NCBI RefSeq assembly: GCF_000970685.1
Contig: NZ_LAJB01000002.1
Coordinates: forward strand, 317,854-341,853
DNA length: 24,000 nucleotides
Direction: 5' to 3'
Source of the DNA: Domibacillus indicus
GTDB taxonomy: Bacteria; Bacillota; Bacilli; Bacillales; Domibacillaceae
This document shows, piece after piece, positions 16,601-24,000 of the stretch. The stretch's first letter is position 1, and every line of letters starts with the position of its first letter. The notes beneath the pieces were generated by a model. The model saw nothing but the letters and a program-made list of their open reading frames with translations, was not told where the DNA came from and ran no database searches. The position numbers were made by a program, and so were the translations under genes.

Positions 16601-17266
16601 TCATTTGATTAACTTTTGGATGATTAAAGGCAATTCTGCCAGGTCATCAATAATAAAATCAGCTTCAACATGGTTCCACTGGGAGTCTTTTTTCCAAATC
16701 CCTTTCATTCCTGCGTTTCGGGCAGCTTTTACATCGTTTACTGGATGATCGCCGACAAATATACTTTCCTCGGGCAAAAAATTAAGCTGATCCAGGGCTC
16801 TCTTAAATATTTGGGGATCAGGTTTTTTCATTCCCTCCCATTCAGATATTAAAATGGCCTCAAAGTATTTTTCGATGCGCAAAGCTTTTATGTTATCCAG
16901 CTGGAACTGCCCCTTTCCATTTGTGATGATTCCTAGAGTAAGATTGCGGCTTCTTAGTTCTTCTAACGTGCTAAAAAGATGATCAAAAGGGACGCAGTTG
17001 TTTTTACATTCGCTTATGTAATCCTGAAGCAGGTCTTCCCATGTTACCCCGGTAATGGAAAACTCACTGACTAACTGCCGGTATACCCTGTCCTTCCAAA
17101 CGTACCCGCGGTTATCCAGCTCTATGAACCTGGTCATGTATTTTTCTTTGGGTATATGCCCCACCCATTTATTCAGCCGCTCGTATTGCTGCTCTATAAA
17201 CTTCTCTACTGATTTATCCCGGTTCAATAAAGTTCCATCCAGGTCGAACAAAACAGCCTTGATCAT
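16601..17266 (-). CDS. HAD-IA family hydrolase/phosphatase
   Basis: From Met25 (ATG 17266): MIKAVLFDLDGTLLN (DxDGT motif), ITNG, and GDHPVNDVKAARNAGM (motif IV). Confidence 0.85.
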   Translation of the reverse strand: MIKAVLFDLDGTLLNRDKSVEKFIEQQYERLNKWVGHIPKEKYMTRFIELDNRGYVWKDRVYRQLVSEFSITGVTWEDLLQDYISECKNNCVPFDHLFSTLEELRSRNLTLGIITNGKGQFQLDNIKALRIEKYFEAILISEWEGMKKPDPQIFKRALDQLNFLPEESIFVGDHPVNDVKAARNAGMKGIWKKDSQWNHVEADFIIDDLAELPLIIQKLIK

Positions 17267-17392
17267 TCTGCCCCTGCTCCCCCTTTGCCTGTCTATGTAA
17301 AAAACGCCCCCAATTTTAAAAATCCGGGCGTTTCCCATAAATAGATTTCCTTTGATCCAGCTAACGCTGCCTGTTTGTGAAAGCGGCTTTTC

Positions 17393-17791
17393 TTACACTC
17401 TTATCATACATTGCGTTTCTTTAAAATTAAATTTTTTATAAAACTCGTGAGCGTCTGTTGTAGCCAGGGCAAATTTCGTATGTTTCATGTCGGGATGCTC
17501 CAGCATGCATTTCATCAGCCACTGGCCGATCCCTTTTTCTCTGTACCTTTCATCAATGACCACATCCAAAATCCAGGAAAACACAGCTCTATCGGTCACA
17601 GCCCGGGCAAAGCCGATTTGCCTGTTATTGTGATATACACCAAAAGAAATTGAATTTTGAATACTGGCTTCAATGGCTTCTTTCGTTCTTTTGGATGCCC
17701 AATACGTGGATGAAAGCAAGTACGAAACAATATCCAGATTCATCAGTGAACTCTCGTCGCTTATCATAAACTCATCTTTTGACCATTCCAT
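17393..17791 (-). CDS. GNAT-family N-acetyltransferase
   Basis: From Met21 (ATG 17791, RBS GGAGGGGAAAGGG). The acetyl-CoA motif A reads VVIDERYREKGIGQWLMKCML. The track extension to 17851 runs into repeat copy 2. Confidence 0.85.
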   Translation of the reverse strand: MEWSKDEFMISDESSLMNLDIVSYLLSSTYWASKRTKEAIEASIQNSISFGVYHNNRQIGFARAVTDRAVFSWILDVVIDERYREKGIGQWLMKCMLEHPDMKHTKFALATTDAHEFYKKFNFKETQCMIRV

Positions 17792-17831
17792 GCCCTTTCC
17801 CCTCCAGGTGCAGAATGTTATTGTTACTATG

Positions 17832-18001
17832 CTTCTCTTTCCATGTGCCAAATCCCTTGTTCCGCTAAATAAAGAATACTTACTTATCTTACAGCGTCCC
17901 TGCTTTATTGGCGCTTTCTTATGCTGTTATGGCCGGTATTTTCATTTACCGCCCCCGGGAGAAGAAATTCCGCCCTTCCTTTCATTATTCCGCCCCGGGA
18001 G
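17832..18001. repeat. GC-rich dispersed intergenic repeat, copy 2
   Basis: See copy 1. By eye it is about 80% identical over the shared blocks, with indels, in the same orientation. The track ORFs 17673-18071, 17908-18099 and 17921-18151 are translations of this repeat (..YGRYF.., ..IYRPRE..FHYSAPG..). Confidence 0.7.
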
Positions 18002-18179
18002 GCGCTGCGTATACTCTTTTGTTTATCAATTCTCTGCATGCCCGGATTTATTCCTGGCTCGAATCAAATAAAATCTTATTTTCACTGTCTTTTATTTGAA
18101 CGGATTCATAGGATATATCATTTTGGCTGGAAGGGCTGTTATAAGGAATGATTACATGTTGAGTGTTCTCCATACTTTC

Positions 18180-18581
18180 CTACTGCACTTCTCCGTTATC
18201 CCAGCTGATTGATATATGCCTGCCGTTTTCCCATATGTCCTTTGCATTTATTTTTATGACAATGAAAGGTGCACCTGCAGCCACACCGGAAATAAGAACT
18301 GGCAGCTCTTTGTTTTTGGGCGTTTTAAAGTAAGAAGTACTCCATTCACCTTTCGAATTACTTGAGACAGTATAAAATCCTTCTTCTTGTTCGTCTTCAA
18401 ATGTCATAACTGTGATTTCATTGTGAACGTCTCTGACAGCACCGGCATTCAAATGATTCGCTTGAATAAATTCATTTTTTTCTTTCCCCGTAAGAGCTCT
18501 GTATTCACCAGAATGTAAAGGGGTGCAGCCTGCTAAAACGGCTGTCAGTAAAACCAGGATTACGTTTCTTATCAGACTCAC
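18180..18581 (-). CDS. Lipoprotein, function unknown
   Basis: 133 aa. MSLIRNVILVLLTAVLAGC carries a lipobox (LAGC). The start overlaps the upstream gene's stop by 4 nt. Confidence 0.7.
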   Translation of the reverse strand: MSLIRNVILVLLTAVLAGCTPLHSGEYRALTGKEKNEFIQANHLNAGAVRDVHNEITVMTFEDEQEEGFYTVSSNSKGEWSTSYFKTPKNKELPVLISGVAAGAPFIVIKINAKDIWENGRHISISWDNGEVQ

Positions 18582-18904
18582 CCTTTTTCAATGAAATTAT
18601 CTTCATTTTTTGTCCCGCTGTTCTCTATTACTCCGAAACGTACAGAAGCAAAGTATGTAAGCAGCACCGTCAAAATGCCGGCGCACAGAAGAACAGTGCC
18701 AAGAATGACAAAATTATTCGTGTACATTTTAATGCGCGTGTCGTACTGGCTGGTATCCGCTTCGGCACTCTGGCTTATCTGTCCATCGAGCCAGGAATCT
18801 CCCAGAGCCGTTCCAAGAGAGAGGCTTGAAAACATAAAAACCAGTCCTGCGATTATTGATAAAACAGAAACAATGCTCAATGCTTTCACGTGGTCACGTA
18901 ACAC
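18578..18904 (-). CDS. Two-TM membrane protein, 108 aa
   Basis: GTG start 7 nt after AAAGGAGG. Hydrophobic segments: ALSIVSVLSIIAGLVFMF and FVILGTVLLCAGILTVLLTYF. Translationally coupled to the lipoprotein gene. Confidence 0.6.
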   Translation of the reverse strand: MLRDHVKALSIVSVLSIIAGLVFMFSSLSLGTALGDSWLDGQISQSAEADTSQYDTRIKMYTNNFVILGTVLLCAGILTVLLTYFASVRFGVIENSGTKNEDNFIEKG

Positions 18905-18941
18905 TTACACCCCTCCTTTCTCTGCTGGCCGTCTGTGAAAC

Positions 18942-19273
18942 TCAATCCTTCACACTGCTGGCATAATCATAATCTCTTTCCACCTTGCAAATGCGTGTTA
19001 TGCAGGAGGAATACCAGTCTTTTTTCCTTTTCCCCTGCGCTTTCTGATGAGAAAGGTTTTCCCTCCAGCGCTGAATGGCATCTAATGAATCCCAGAAGGA
19101 AACCGTGATTCCTAATCCGCTTTTTTTCCTGGCACTTTAAATCCCGTCTGCTTTGAAGCAAGCTCAACCATGAAATCAGCCGTCGAGCCGTAGCCGTCCG
19201 CATCGATTTCTGTTCGCCGGGAAGTAAACACAACAGCGTAATAAGGGGGATCCGGTGTGTTTGCAAATGACAT
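18942..19273 (-). pseudogene. Frameshifted antibiotic-biosynthesis-monooxygenase (ABM) domain gene
   Basis: ATG 19273 lies 8 nt after GGAGGT. It reads MSFANTPDPPYYAVVFTSRRTEIDADGYGSTADFMVELASKQTGF, then runs into TAG (19112-19114). Another frame continues SARKKSGLGITVSFWDSLDAIQRWRENLSHQKAQGKGKKDWYSSCITRICKVERDYDYASSVKD* (stop 18942-18944). The total of 332 nt is not a multiple of 3. Confidence 0.7.
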
Positions 19274-19371
19274 CACTGATTACCTCCAATTCCATTTATA
19301 TTGAAAATAATACCATATTTTTTCAATCAGTGAATTATTTATATCTCCTTGTGCAGCAGGAAAGCGGCCGC

Positions 19372-19695
19372 TTATTTTCCCTGTTCTTCGCTTCCGTAGT
19401 GTATGACCATTCCCACAACTAATGTAAATAATGTGAGGATCCCTATAAAAAGTCCCCAGTCCCATCCAGCATGGGCTCCCAGCAAATTCACAATGCCAAT
19501 TAAAAAACCAATGCCAAACAGCACTCTAATTCTCTCCTTAACAACTAACAAAAAAAGAAGTGCTCCTATATAAGAAATCGAGACTGCATAATAAACGTGA
19601 TCACGCAAATTAGAAGGTATTTCAACAGAAACGCTAGTTAAAAAAAGAAACATAAGGGCAAAAACGATAAATGCTAAAACCTTCATTTTCTTCAC
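19372..19695 (-). CDS. Membrane protein, 107 aa, function unknown
   Basis: Four hydrophobic segments. N-terminus MKKMKVLAFIVFALMFLFL. Confidence 0.6.
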   Translation of the reverse strand: MKKMKVLAFIVFALMFLFLTSVSVEIPSNLRDHVYYAVSISYIGALLFLLVVKERIRVLFGIGFLIGIVNLLGAHAGWDWGLFIGILTLFTLVVGMVIHYGSEEQGK

Positions 19696-19897
19696 ATTCC
19701 CATCCTTTCACATACCGTTTTCAAATCGCGGCCCCCTCAATAAACTTCCATACAGAGCTTATACTAAACTTACAAAAAATAACCACATTATATGTGGAGC
19801 CAGTTTCTTATAGGATTAAGTAAAAGATTTATATTTACGAAGGAAAAGACTGAGTTCTAAAGAATATAAATAGGAAAACCCGGAGAGGAGTTTGAGG

Positions 19898-20281
19898 ATG
19901 AGCAGTAAGGAGACCAGAGAAATGATCGAAAGCTATGTGGAGGCATACAATTCGTTTGATGTAGAGGGAATGACCAGGCTCCTGCACAATGATATTCTGT
20001 TCAGAAATTTTTCCAGCGGCAGGCTGGATACTGAAACCAGGGGAATCCAGAAGTTTCAGGAACTGGCGGAAAACTCGTCAAAGATGTTCTCAAGCCGCCG
20101 CCAGAGAATTACGGAATTCAGTGATTCAGGTAAAAATGTAGAGGTGCATGTTGATTATGAAGGAATCCTGGCTGTTGATTTTCCAAACGGATTGAAGGCC
20201 GGCGATAAGATAGAGCTGAAAGGAAAGTCAGTATTTGAGATTAGCGAAGGAAAAATCTCACTGATTGAAGATTACAGTTAG
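19898..20281 (+). CDS. NTF2-like (SnoaL-type) small protein
   Basis: ATG 19898 lies 7 nt after GGAGAGGAG. IESYVEAYNSFDVEGMTRLLHNDILF is a typical SnoaL/NTF2-like N-terminus. Confidence 0.7.
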   Translation: MSSKETREMIESYVEAYNSFDVEGMTRLLHNDILFRNFSSGRLDTETRGIQKFQELAENSSKMFSSRRQRITEFSDSGKNVEVHVDYEGILAVDFPNGLKAGDKIELKGKSVFEISEGKISLIEDYS

Positions 20282-20337
20282 ATCACAGGATTTAAGTAAG
20301 CTTGATATGAGCAGATTAGATGAGTATGCCAGACAAT

Positions 20338-20374
20338 AAACAGGCATTCCTGCAAATTAAAGAGATGCCTGTTT
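20338..20374. terminator. Bidirectional terminator between convergent genes
   Basis: AAACAGGCAT (20338-20347) and ATGCCTGTTT (20365-20374) form a 10-bp stem with a 17-nt loop, flanked by A and T runs. Confidence 0.5.
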
Positions 20375-20389
20375 TAAAAGAAAGCCATT

Positions 20390-20785
20390 CTAAAATTCAA
20401 AGTCCAGCATCATTTTACTGGCTTGCCCTGAAAATGTGTAATGATAGAACCCTTTCAGCCCTTCGAGGTTACCCGTTGCTTTCAGTATTTTTCCTGGAGA
20501 ATCTAAATTTCCTTTATCAAAAATTCCTTGCTCAATAGCTGTAAAGGTTCCCTGCCTGCCTTGATACGTGCCTTCGAAATGCAGAAAACCGGAAATTTTT
20601 GCAGTGGCCAGGTGACCATCCGTGGCATTCGACTCTAAATAATATAATAAATACTCCACAAACGCTTTTCCTTTTAATACGCCATCAATTTCATATTCAA
20701 CCCGGGCGCTGTTCACAGGGAAATCTTTTCTTGTTTCATCAACCGGTTTTTCATCCCACTTACTGACAGAAAATGTTGCCTCCAT
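20390..20785 (-). CDS. DUF3224-like protein
   Basis: 131 aa. The pattern ..KWDEKP.., GFLHFEGTYQGRQGTFTAIEQGIFDKG and ATGNLEGLKG matches my memory of the DUF3224 family. Confidence 0.65.
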   Translation of the reverse strand: MEATFSVSKWDEKPVDETRKDFPVNSARVEYEIDGVLKGKAFVEYLLYYLESNATDGHLATAKISGFLHFEGTYQGRQGTFTAIEQGIFDKGNLDSPGKILKATGNLEGLKGFYHYTFSGQASKMMLDFEF

Positions 20786-20909
20786 GCTTTAGAACCTCCC
20801 ATTTTTAGTAGAAGCGATTTTGTCTCCAGTATACCAGCAAACCATATAATGGTAAATTCATTTTTGGATTTTAATAACACTCCAATTCAGCCACTGACGG
20901 CTAAAACGC

Positions 20910-21464
20910 TTATGTGAGTTTATAGTAATTTTCAGCCGTATAAATCGGCCACCACCAAAATTTTGCCCCCTGGCTCATAATAAACCGGTCAAGCCACAGC
21001 TCAAAGTTCATCCCTAACGGTTCCGCCTCTGAAAACGGATCGATATGGCTCTTCCATAAAAGATAATTTTTTTGGTTTTCTGCATACTGCTTGGAGTCGA
21101 TCACAATGTTATCCTGATAAATATATGCGATGTCAAAACACCCTTCCCCTTCGCCGTAATCTCCATTCCATTCGAGAATTTGCGCCAGGCTGTAAAGCTC
21201 AATTTCCCCGCCATATTCACTATCATCAAATAACCGGCAGCCATTCGTTATTTTTAAAAATGCTTTATAGTCCCGCGGAAGCAATAAGCCTGTTTTTTGT
21301 TCAAACTCGGTTATTTCCCCATCACTTGCCGGGTCATTGAACGTGCACACTGCTTTATATATATGCCCCTGTTCACTTTGAATCTGGATAACGCCACTAT
21401 TTTCCTCCAGGCGTTTTTTTAAAGAATGCAGCGTTTGTTTTACTATGCTTCCTTCTGCCAGCAT
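20910..21464 (-). CDS. SMI1/KNR4 (SUKH-1) family immunity-type protein
   Basis: The signature is ITEFEQKTGLLLPRDYKAFLKITNGCRLFD, followed by an aromatic-rich C-terminus. Confidence 0.85.
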   Translation of the reverse strand: MLAEGSIVKQTLHSLKKRLEENSGVIQIQSEQGHIYKAVCTFNDPASDGEITEFEQKTGLLLPRDYKAFLKITNGCRLFDDSEYGGEIELYSLAQILEWNGDYGEGEGCFDIAYIYQDNIVIDSKQYAENQKNYLLWKSHIDPFSEAEPLGMNFELWLDRFIMSQGAKFWWWPIYTAENYYKLT

Positions 21465-21511
21465 TTGATTTCCCCCCGCTCTCTTTCGCTTTATGATAAT
21501 CAGCCTGCTGT

Positions 21512-21943
21512 TCAGGGCTTTCCGGTAACCGGAAAAACAGCCAGAACAGCTTCCAGCTCTTTTATTAAACTGTTTAAATATGACTGGTCTGATTCAAATT
21601 CAAACTGAAGAACGGCACCGTATCCAGCAGGATAGCATGTCTCTACCTGCCAGTTCAATCCTCCCAATGCGTTCATGCTGCATTCAATGTCCATCCAGCC
21701 ATCCATTGCGCTGAAGGATGCTGCTCCCTTTAATTTCTCGTTCATCTTTTTTAGCTGCTGTAAAAAGTCCGACAATTCGTCCGTTCTCAAAGCTGCTTCA
21801 AAGTGAACAAGGTAACCGGGAATTTCGATGCGCAATTGTGACCTCATCCAGTTGCTGTCCCAGTAGTCTACCGTGTTTGAATACATTCTTTCTATTACAT
21901 TCATTTCAATTTTGGTTTCCTGGCCGGCAATTAAAAACCTCAT
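21512..21943 (-). CDS. WapI-like immunity protein (tentative)
   Basis: 143 aa. RBS GGGAGGAG. Features are DYWDSNWMRSQLRIEIPGY, LRTDELSDFLQQL, LQFEFESDQSYL and LEAVLAVFP. These resemble the DxNW / paired-state pattern of WapI-family immunity proteins as I remember them. Confidence 0.45.
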   Translation of the reverse strand: MRFLIAGQETKIEMNVIERMYSNTVDYWDSNWMRSQLRIEIPGYLVHFEAALRTDELSDFLQQLKKMNEKLKGAASFSAMDGWMDIECSMNALGGLNWQVETCYPAGYGAVLQFEFESDQSYLNSLIKELEAVLAVFPVTGKP

Positions 21944-22025
21944 TGTTATCTCCTCCCGGCTCGGTTGAATTCGCCACAGGATAGTGAACCAGCAGGCCTT
22001 TAACAGAAACGACTGAGTAAAAGAA

Positions 22026-22610
22026 CTACTCAGGGACTTCTTTAAACAATAAATCGATATCGCTCTTTACATTCCCTGCTTTGATTTCTCCGTAGTCATC
22101 GCCAATTTCTATTAGTACATACGGCTTCTTATTCAGTAAATAGTTTTTTAATTTCAGAAATGTACTCAGCGGAAATTCATGATCCCAGTTTTGCTGGTAC
22201 CCGACAATTCCGTGCTTTTTCAGTAACACATCTGCTTCTTTGATGATCACTTCCAGCAAATAATCATAAGAGCATTCCGTATCAATATCAATTTCTGTTT
22301 GAATGCCGGCATAGGTACCATCTTCGTTTGCCGCGGAATATTCCTGGGAAACCACAACATGCAGCAGTCCAGCTCTTTTTAAACTGAAACTCCAGGTCGT
22401 AATAAGCGGTTCACTATTCCAAAGGCAGGAGGTCTCCGTCATCAAATTATCACCTTCTGGCACGCAATCTGCGTTTAAATCCATTAGGGCACGGAGCAAA
22501 TCACCTAAACAGTCACTTACATAAGTTACATTCGAGCCCGACTGCTGGGAGTTTATTTCAATTGAATAATCCACGCACCAGCGGCTGCTAAACCTGTATG
22601 TAAATTGCAT
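22026..22610 (-). CDS. Hypothetical protein, 194 aa, embedded in the immunity-gene array
   Basis: Long clean ORF with a weak RBS (GAAAGGCAGG). No family recognised. Confidence 0.55.
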   Translation of the reverse strand: MQFTYRFSSRWCVDYSIEINSQQSGSNVTYVSDCLGDLLRALMDLNADCVPEGDNLMTETSCLWNSEPLITTWSFSLKRAGLLHVVVSQEYSAANEDGTYAGIQTEIDIDTECSYDYLLEVIIKEADVLLKKHGIVGYQQNWDHEFPLSTFLKLKNYLLNKKPYVLIEIGDDYGEIKAGNVKSDIDLLFKEVPE

Positions 22611-22696
22611 TTGGCTGCCTGCCTTTCATGTTCTTTTATTTTTTTCTTTTTTGAAACTTTTCCGTTTATATGCCGTAGAAAGGCTCATGATAAAAA

Positions 22697-23029
22697 ATGG
22701 AAATGAGGCGGAGAATCTTGATCAGTGCATCAACCTGGTTTGACCCGTACGTAATGGAGCTGCTCGCTCTGCCGGCTGCGTTTATAGCGGGGGCAGTGGC
22801 AGCCTGGTTTTCCAATAAAACGCTGGCGGGCCCTTTTACTTATATGATATTTACAATACTTTCCTACATATGGATCTGGCAGTATTTTTACAGGGGTGCC
22901 TGGACTGAATTTTCTGCTGTCCATCTGAATACCAACGAAATTTATGGAATTGTGCTCTTTTTCGCTGCGATGACCTGGCTGTTTTCCTGGGTGCTGCTTA
23001 CAGGCAAGCAAAAAGCAGGCAGGCGTTAA
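22697..23029 (+). CDS. Three-TM membrane protein, about 110 aa
   Basis: Hydrophobic segments: LLALPAAFIAGAVAAWF, FTYMIFTILSYIWIW and IYGIVLFFAAMTWLFSWVLL. The start is uncertain (ATG 22697, or a TTG about 20 nt downstream after GAGGCGGAG). Confidence 0.5.
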   Translation: MEMRRRILISASTWFDPYVMELLALPAAFIAGAVAAWFSNKTLAGPFTYMIFTILSYIWIWQYFYRGAWTEFSAVHLNTNEIYGIVLFFAAMTWLFSWVLLTGKQKAGRR

Positions 23030-23105
23030 CCTGACCGGGCTTTTTTGAAACTTTTTCCCCCGCGGCACGTAGAAAAAAGAAAGAAAAATAGGAGAGGTGA
23101 GCCTG

Positions 23106-23294
23106 ATGTTCCAATCTATCTACCAGCGGTACAAACCGGCAATCTGGCTTGTTCTGGCCCTGCTTTTTGCAAGCGGCGCCATCACAAACTATTTTACTGG
23201 CACCACTTTTGAAATTTTTTTAAATGGCGGGTTCGCTGTTTTCTCTTTTCTCGTATTTGTAAAAGCCCTTCCCATGAAACACCGCAAACAGTAA
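23106..23294 (+). CDS. Two-TM small membrane protein, 62 aa
   Basis: ATG 23106 lies 8 nt after GGAGAGG. Translation: MFQSIYQRYKPAIWLVLALLFASGAITNYF..GGFAVFSFLVFVKAL. Confidence 0.5.
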   Translation: MFQSIYQRYKPAIWLVLALLFASGAITNYFTGTTFEIFLNGGFAVFSFLVFVKALPMKHRKQ

Positions 23295-23336
23295 CCAGTC
23301 CGGTTTCCGCCCTGGCTGCTGTGTTTTCTCCTGATT

Positions 23337-23807
23337 TTATTCCTTAGTCAGGATGGCTGTTACCTGTTCGGCTTTTTCCTTGAATTGGCCGGGGTTTTCC
23401 TTTTGTATATCATGAAACAGTCCAATAACCGCCTCCTGAATGCGCGTGTCCGCTTCCCTTAAGACCTCTGCCAGCAGCCCTCTGTATTCATCATGGTTTA
23501 CTATCCTCACATGCAGGATGCTGAGCCATCCCCTGCTTTTGTCCAGATTTTCTGGAACAGCCGCAATCTGCCGCGCCAAAGCTTCCTTTGGGGATCGGGC
23601 ACTCAAGGCTTCAATCGCATGAATCACTCCCCACATTACTTCTTCCTGCTCTGTATCATCTTCCAGAACACCGGTCAGTTCTTCTGTTAAGCGGTAGTCA
23701 TTCGCCTGATAGACTGCTTCCAGCGCTTCTTCAAACAGCGAAATTTCGGTTTCCGTTCTCATAAAACGGCTGTTCATCAGCGTGTGAATGGCTTCTTCAG
23801 CTTTCAT
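23337..23807 (-). CDS. Imm30-like immunity protein (tentative)
   Basis: 156 aa. LEDDTEQEEVMWGVIHAIEAL followed by W..ILHVRIVNH matches my memory of the Imm30 pattern (D.TE..EVMFG..HAIE ... RILNH). Confidence 0.5.
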   Translation of the reverse strand: MKAEEAIHTLMNSRFMRTETEISLFEEALEAVYQANDYRLTEELTGVLEDDTEQEEVMWGVIHAIEALSARSPKEALARQIAAVPENLDKSRGWLSILHVRIVNHDEYRGLLAEVLREADTRIQEAVIGLFHDIQKENPGQFKEKAEQVTAILTKE

Positions 23808-23855
23808 TCATAGACCTTCTTTCATCGCTATCCTGTTTTTTCCTTTATTATAAGT

Positions 23856-23895
23856 ATAAAAAAGCATGCTTTGAAAAGAAATCAAAACATGCTTT
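23856..23895 (-). terminator. Intrinsic terminator of the right-edge gene
   Basis: The minus-strand RNA reads AAAGCAUGUUUUGA-UUUCUUU-UCAAAGCAUGCUUU. That is a 14-bp stem with one mismatch, followed by UUUAU. Confidence 0.65.
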
Positions 23896-23907
23896 TGGGA
23901 CGCTTTT

Positions 23908-24000
23908 TTATGAAAAGGTGTTTTTCAGTTGTTCTGCCTTTGAAGAAGTTTCACTCATAAGAGCCGCAATCGTCTCGTTATCGTCCGTTACATTTTCGAT
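23908..24000 (-). CDS. 3' end (30 codons plus stop) of a gene extending beyond the right edge
   Basis: The reverse strand reads ..IENVTDDNETIAALMSETSSKAEQLKNTFS*, followed by a terminator. It loosely resembles a chemoreceptor C-terminus, but it is too short to call. Confidence 0.4.
   Translation of the reverse strand: MENVTDDNETIAALMSETSSKAEQLKNTFS

Noticed and set aside
18967-19266. 99-aa minus-strand ORF
   Set aside because: It is the third frame of the ABM pseudogene region. The two family-like segments lie in the other two frames.

Overview
The window looks like a low-GC Firmicute, probably Bacillaceae. Evidence: GGAGG-type Shine-Dalgarno sites 6-9 nt from starts, lipobox lipoproteins, a YkoY-type TerC protein and SMI1/WapI-type immunity genes. 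It reads as an accessory chromosomal region, mostly transcribed on the minus strand.

Gene content, left to right:
- The 5' part of a GH2 glycosidase (runs off the left edge), with a divergent AraC regulator.
- An acidic-protein/lipoprotein pair.
- A HAD-IIB phosphatase with a divergent LacI regulator.
- Several small membrane-protein ORFs, three of them below the ORF-track cutoff.
- A TerC-family membrane protein.
- A five-gene fructoselysine-type operon, frlC-frlA-frlB-frlD-frlR.
- A decayed IS1182/IS5-type transposase remnant.
- A Zn-ribbon protein.
- An orphan intrinsic terminator that may mark an sRNA.
- A 107-aa acidic protein behind a ~200-nt leader.
- A HAD-IA hydrolase and a GNAT acetyltransferase.
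- A translationally coupled membrane-protein/lipoprotein pair.
- A frameshifted ABM-monooxygenase pseudogene.
- NTF2-like and DUF3224 proteins.
- A cluster of toxin-less polymorphic-toxin immunity genes: SMI1/KNR4, WapI-like, an unknown 194-aa protein and Imm30-like.
- The 3' end of another gene at the right edge.

I saw no rRNA, tRNA or CRISPR array.

Most notable observations:
- A GC-rich ~150-190 bp dispersed repeat occurs as two direct copies that bracket the frl/IS segment.
- The frl operon has an enterobacterial-style architecture.
- The orphan immunity island.
- Two gene-decay events can be read directly from the sequence.
- There are several candidate cis-regulatory RNAs and operators.

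All family assignments come from motif reading and memory. No database search was run.
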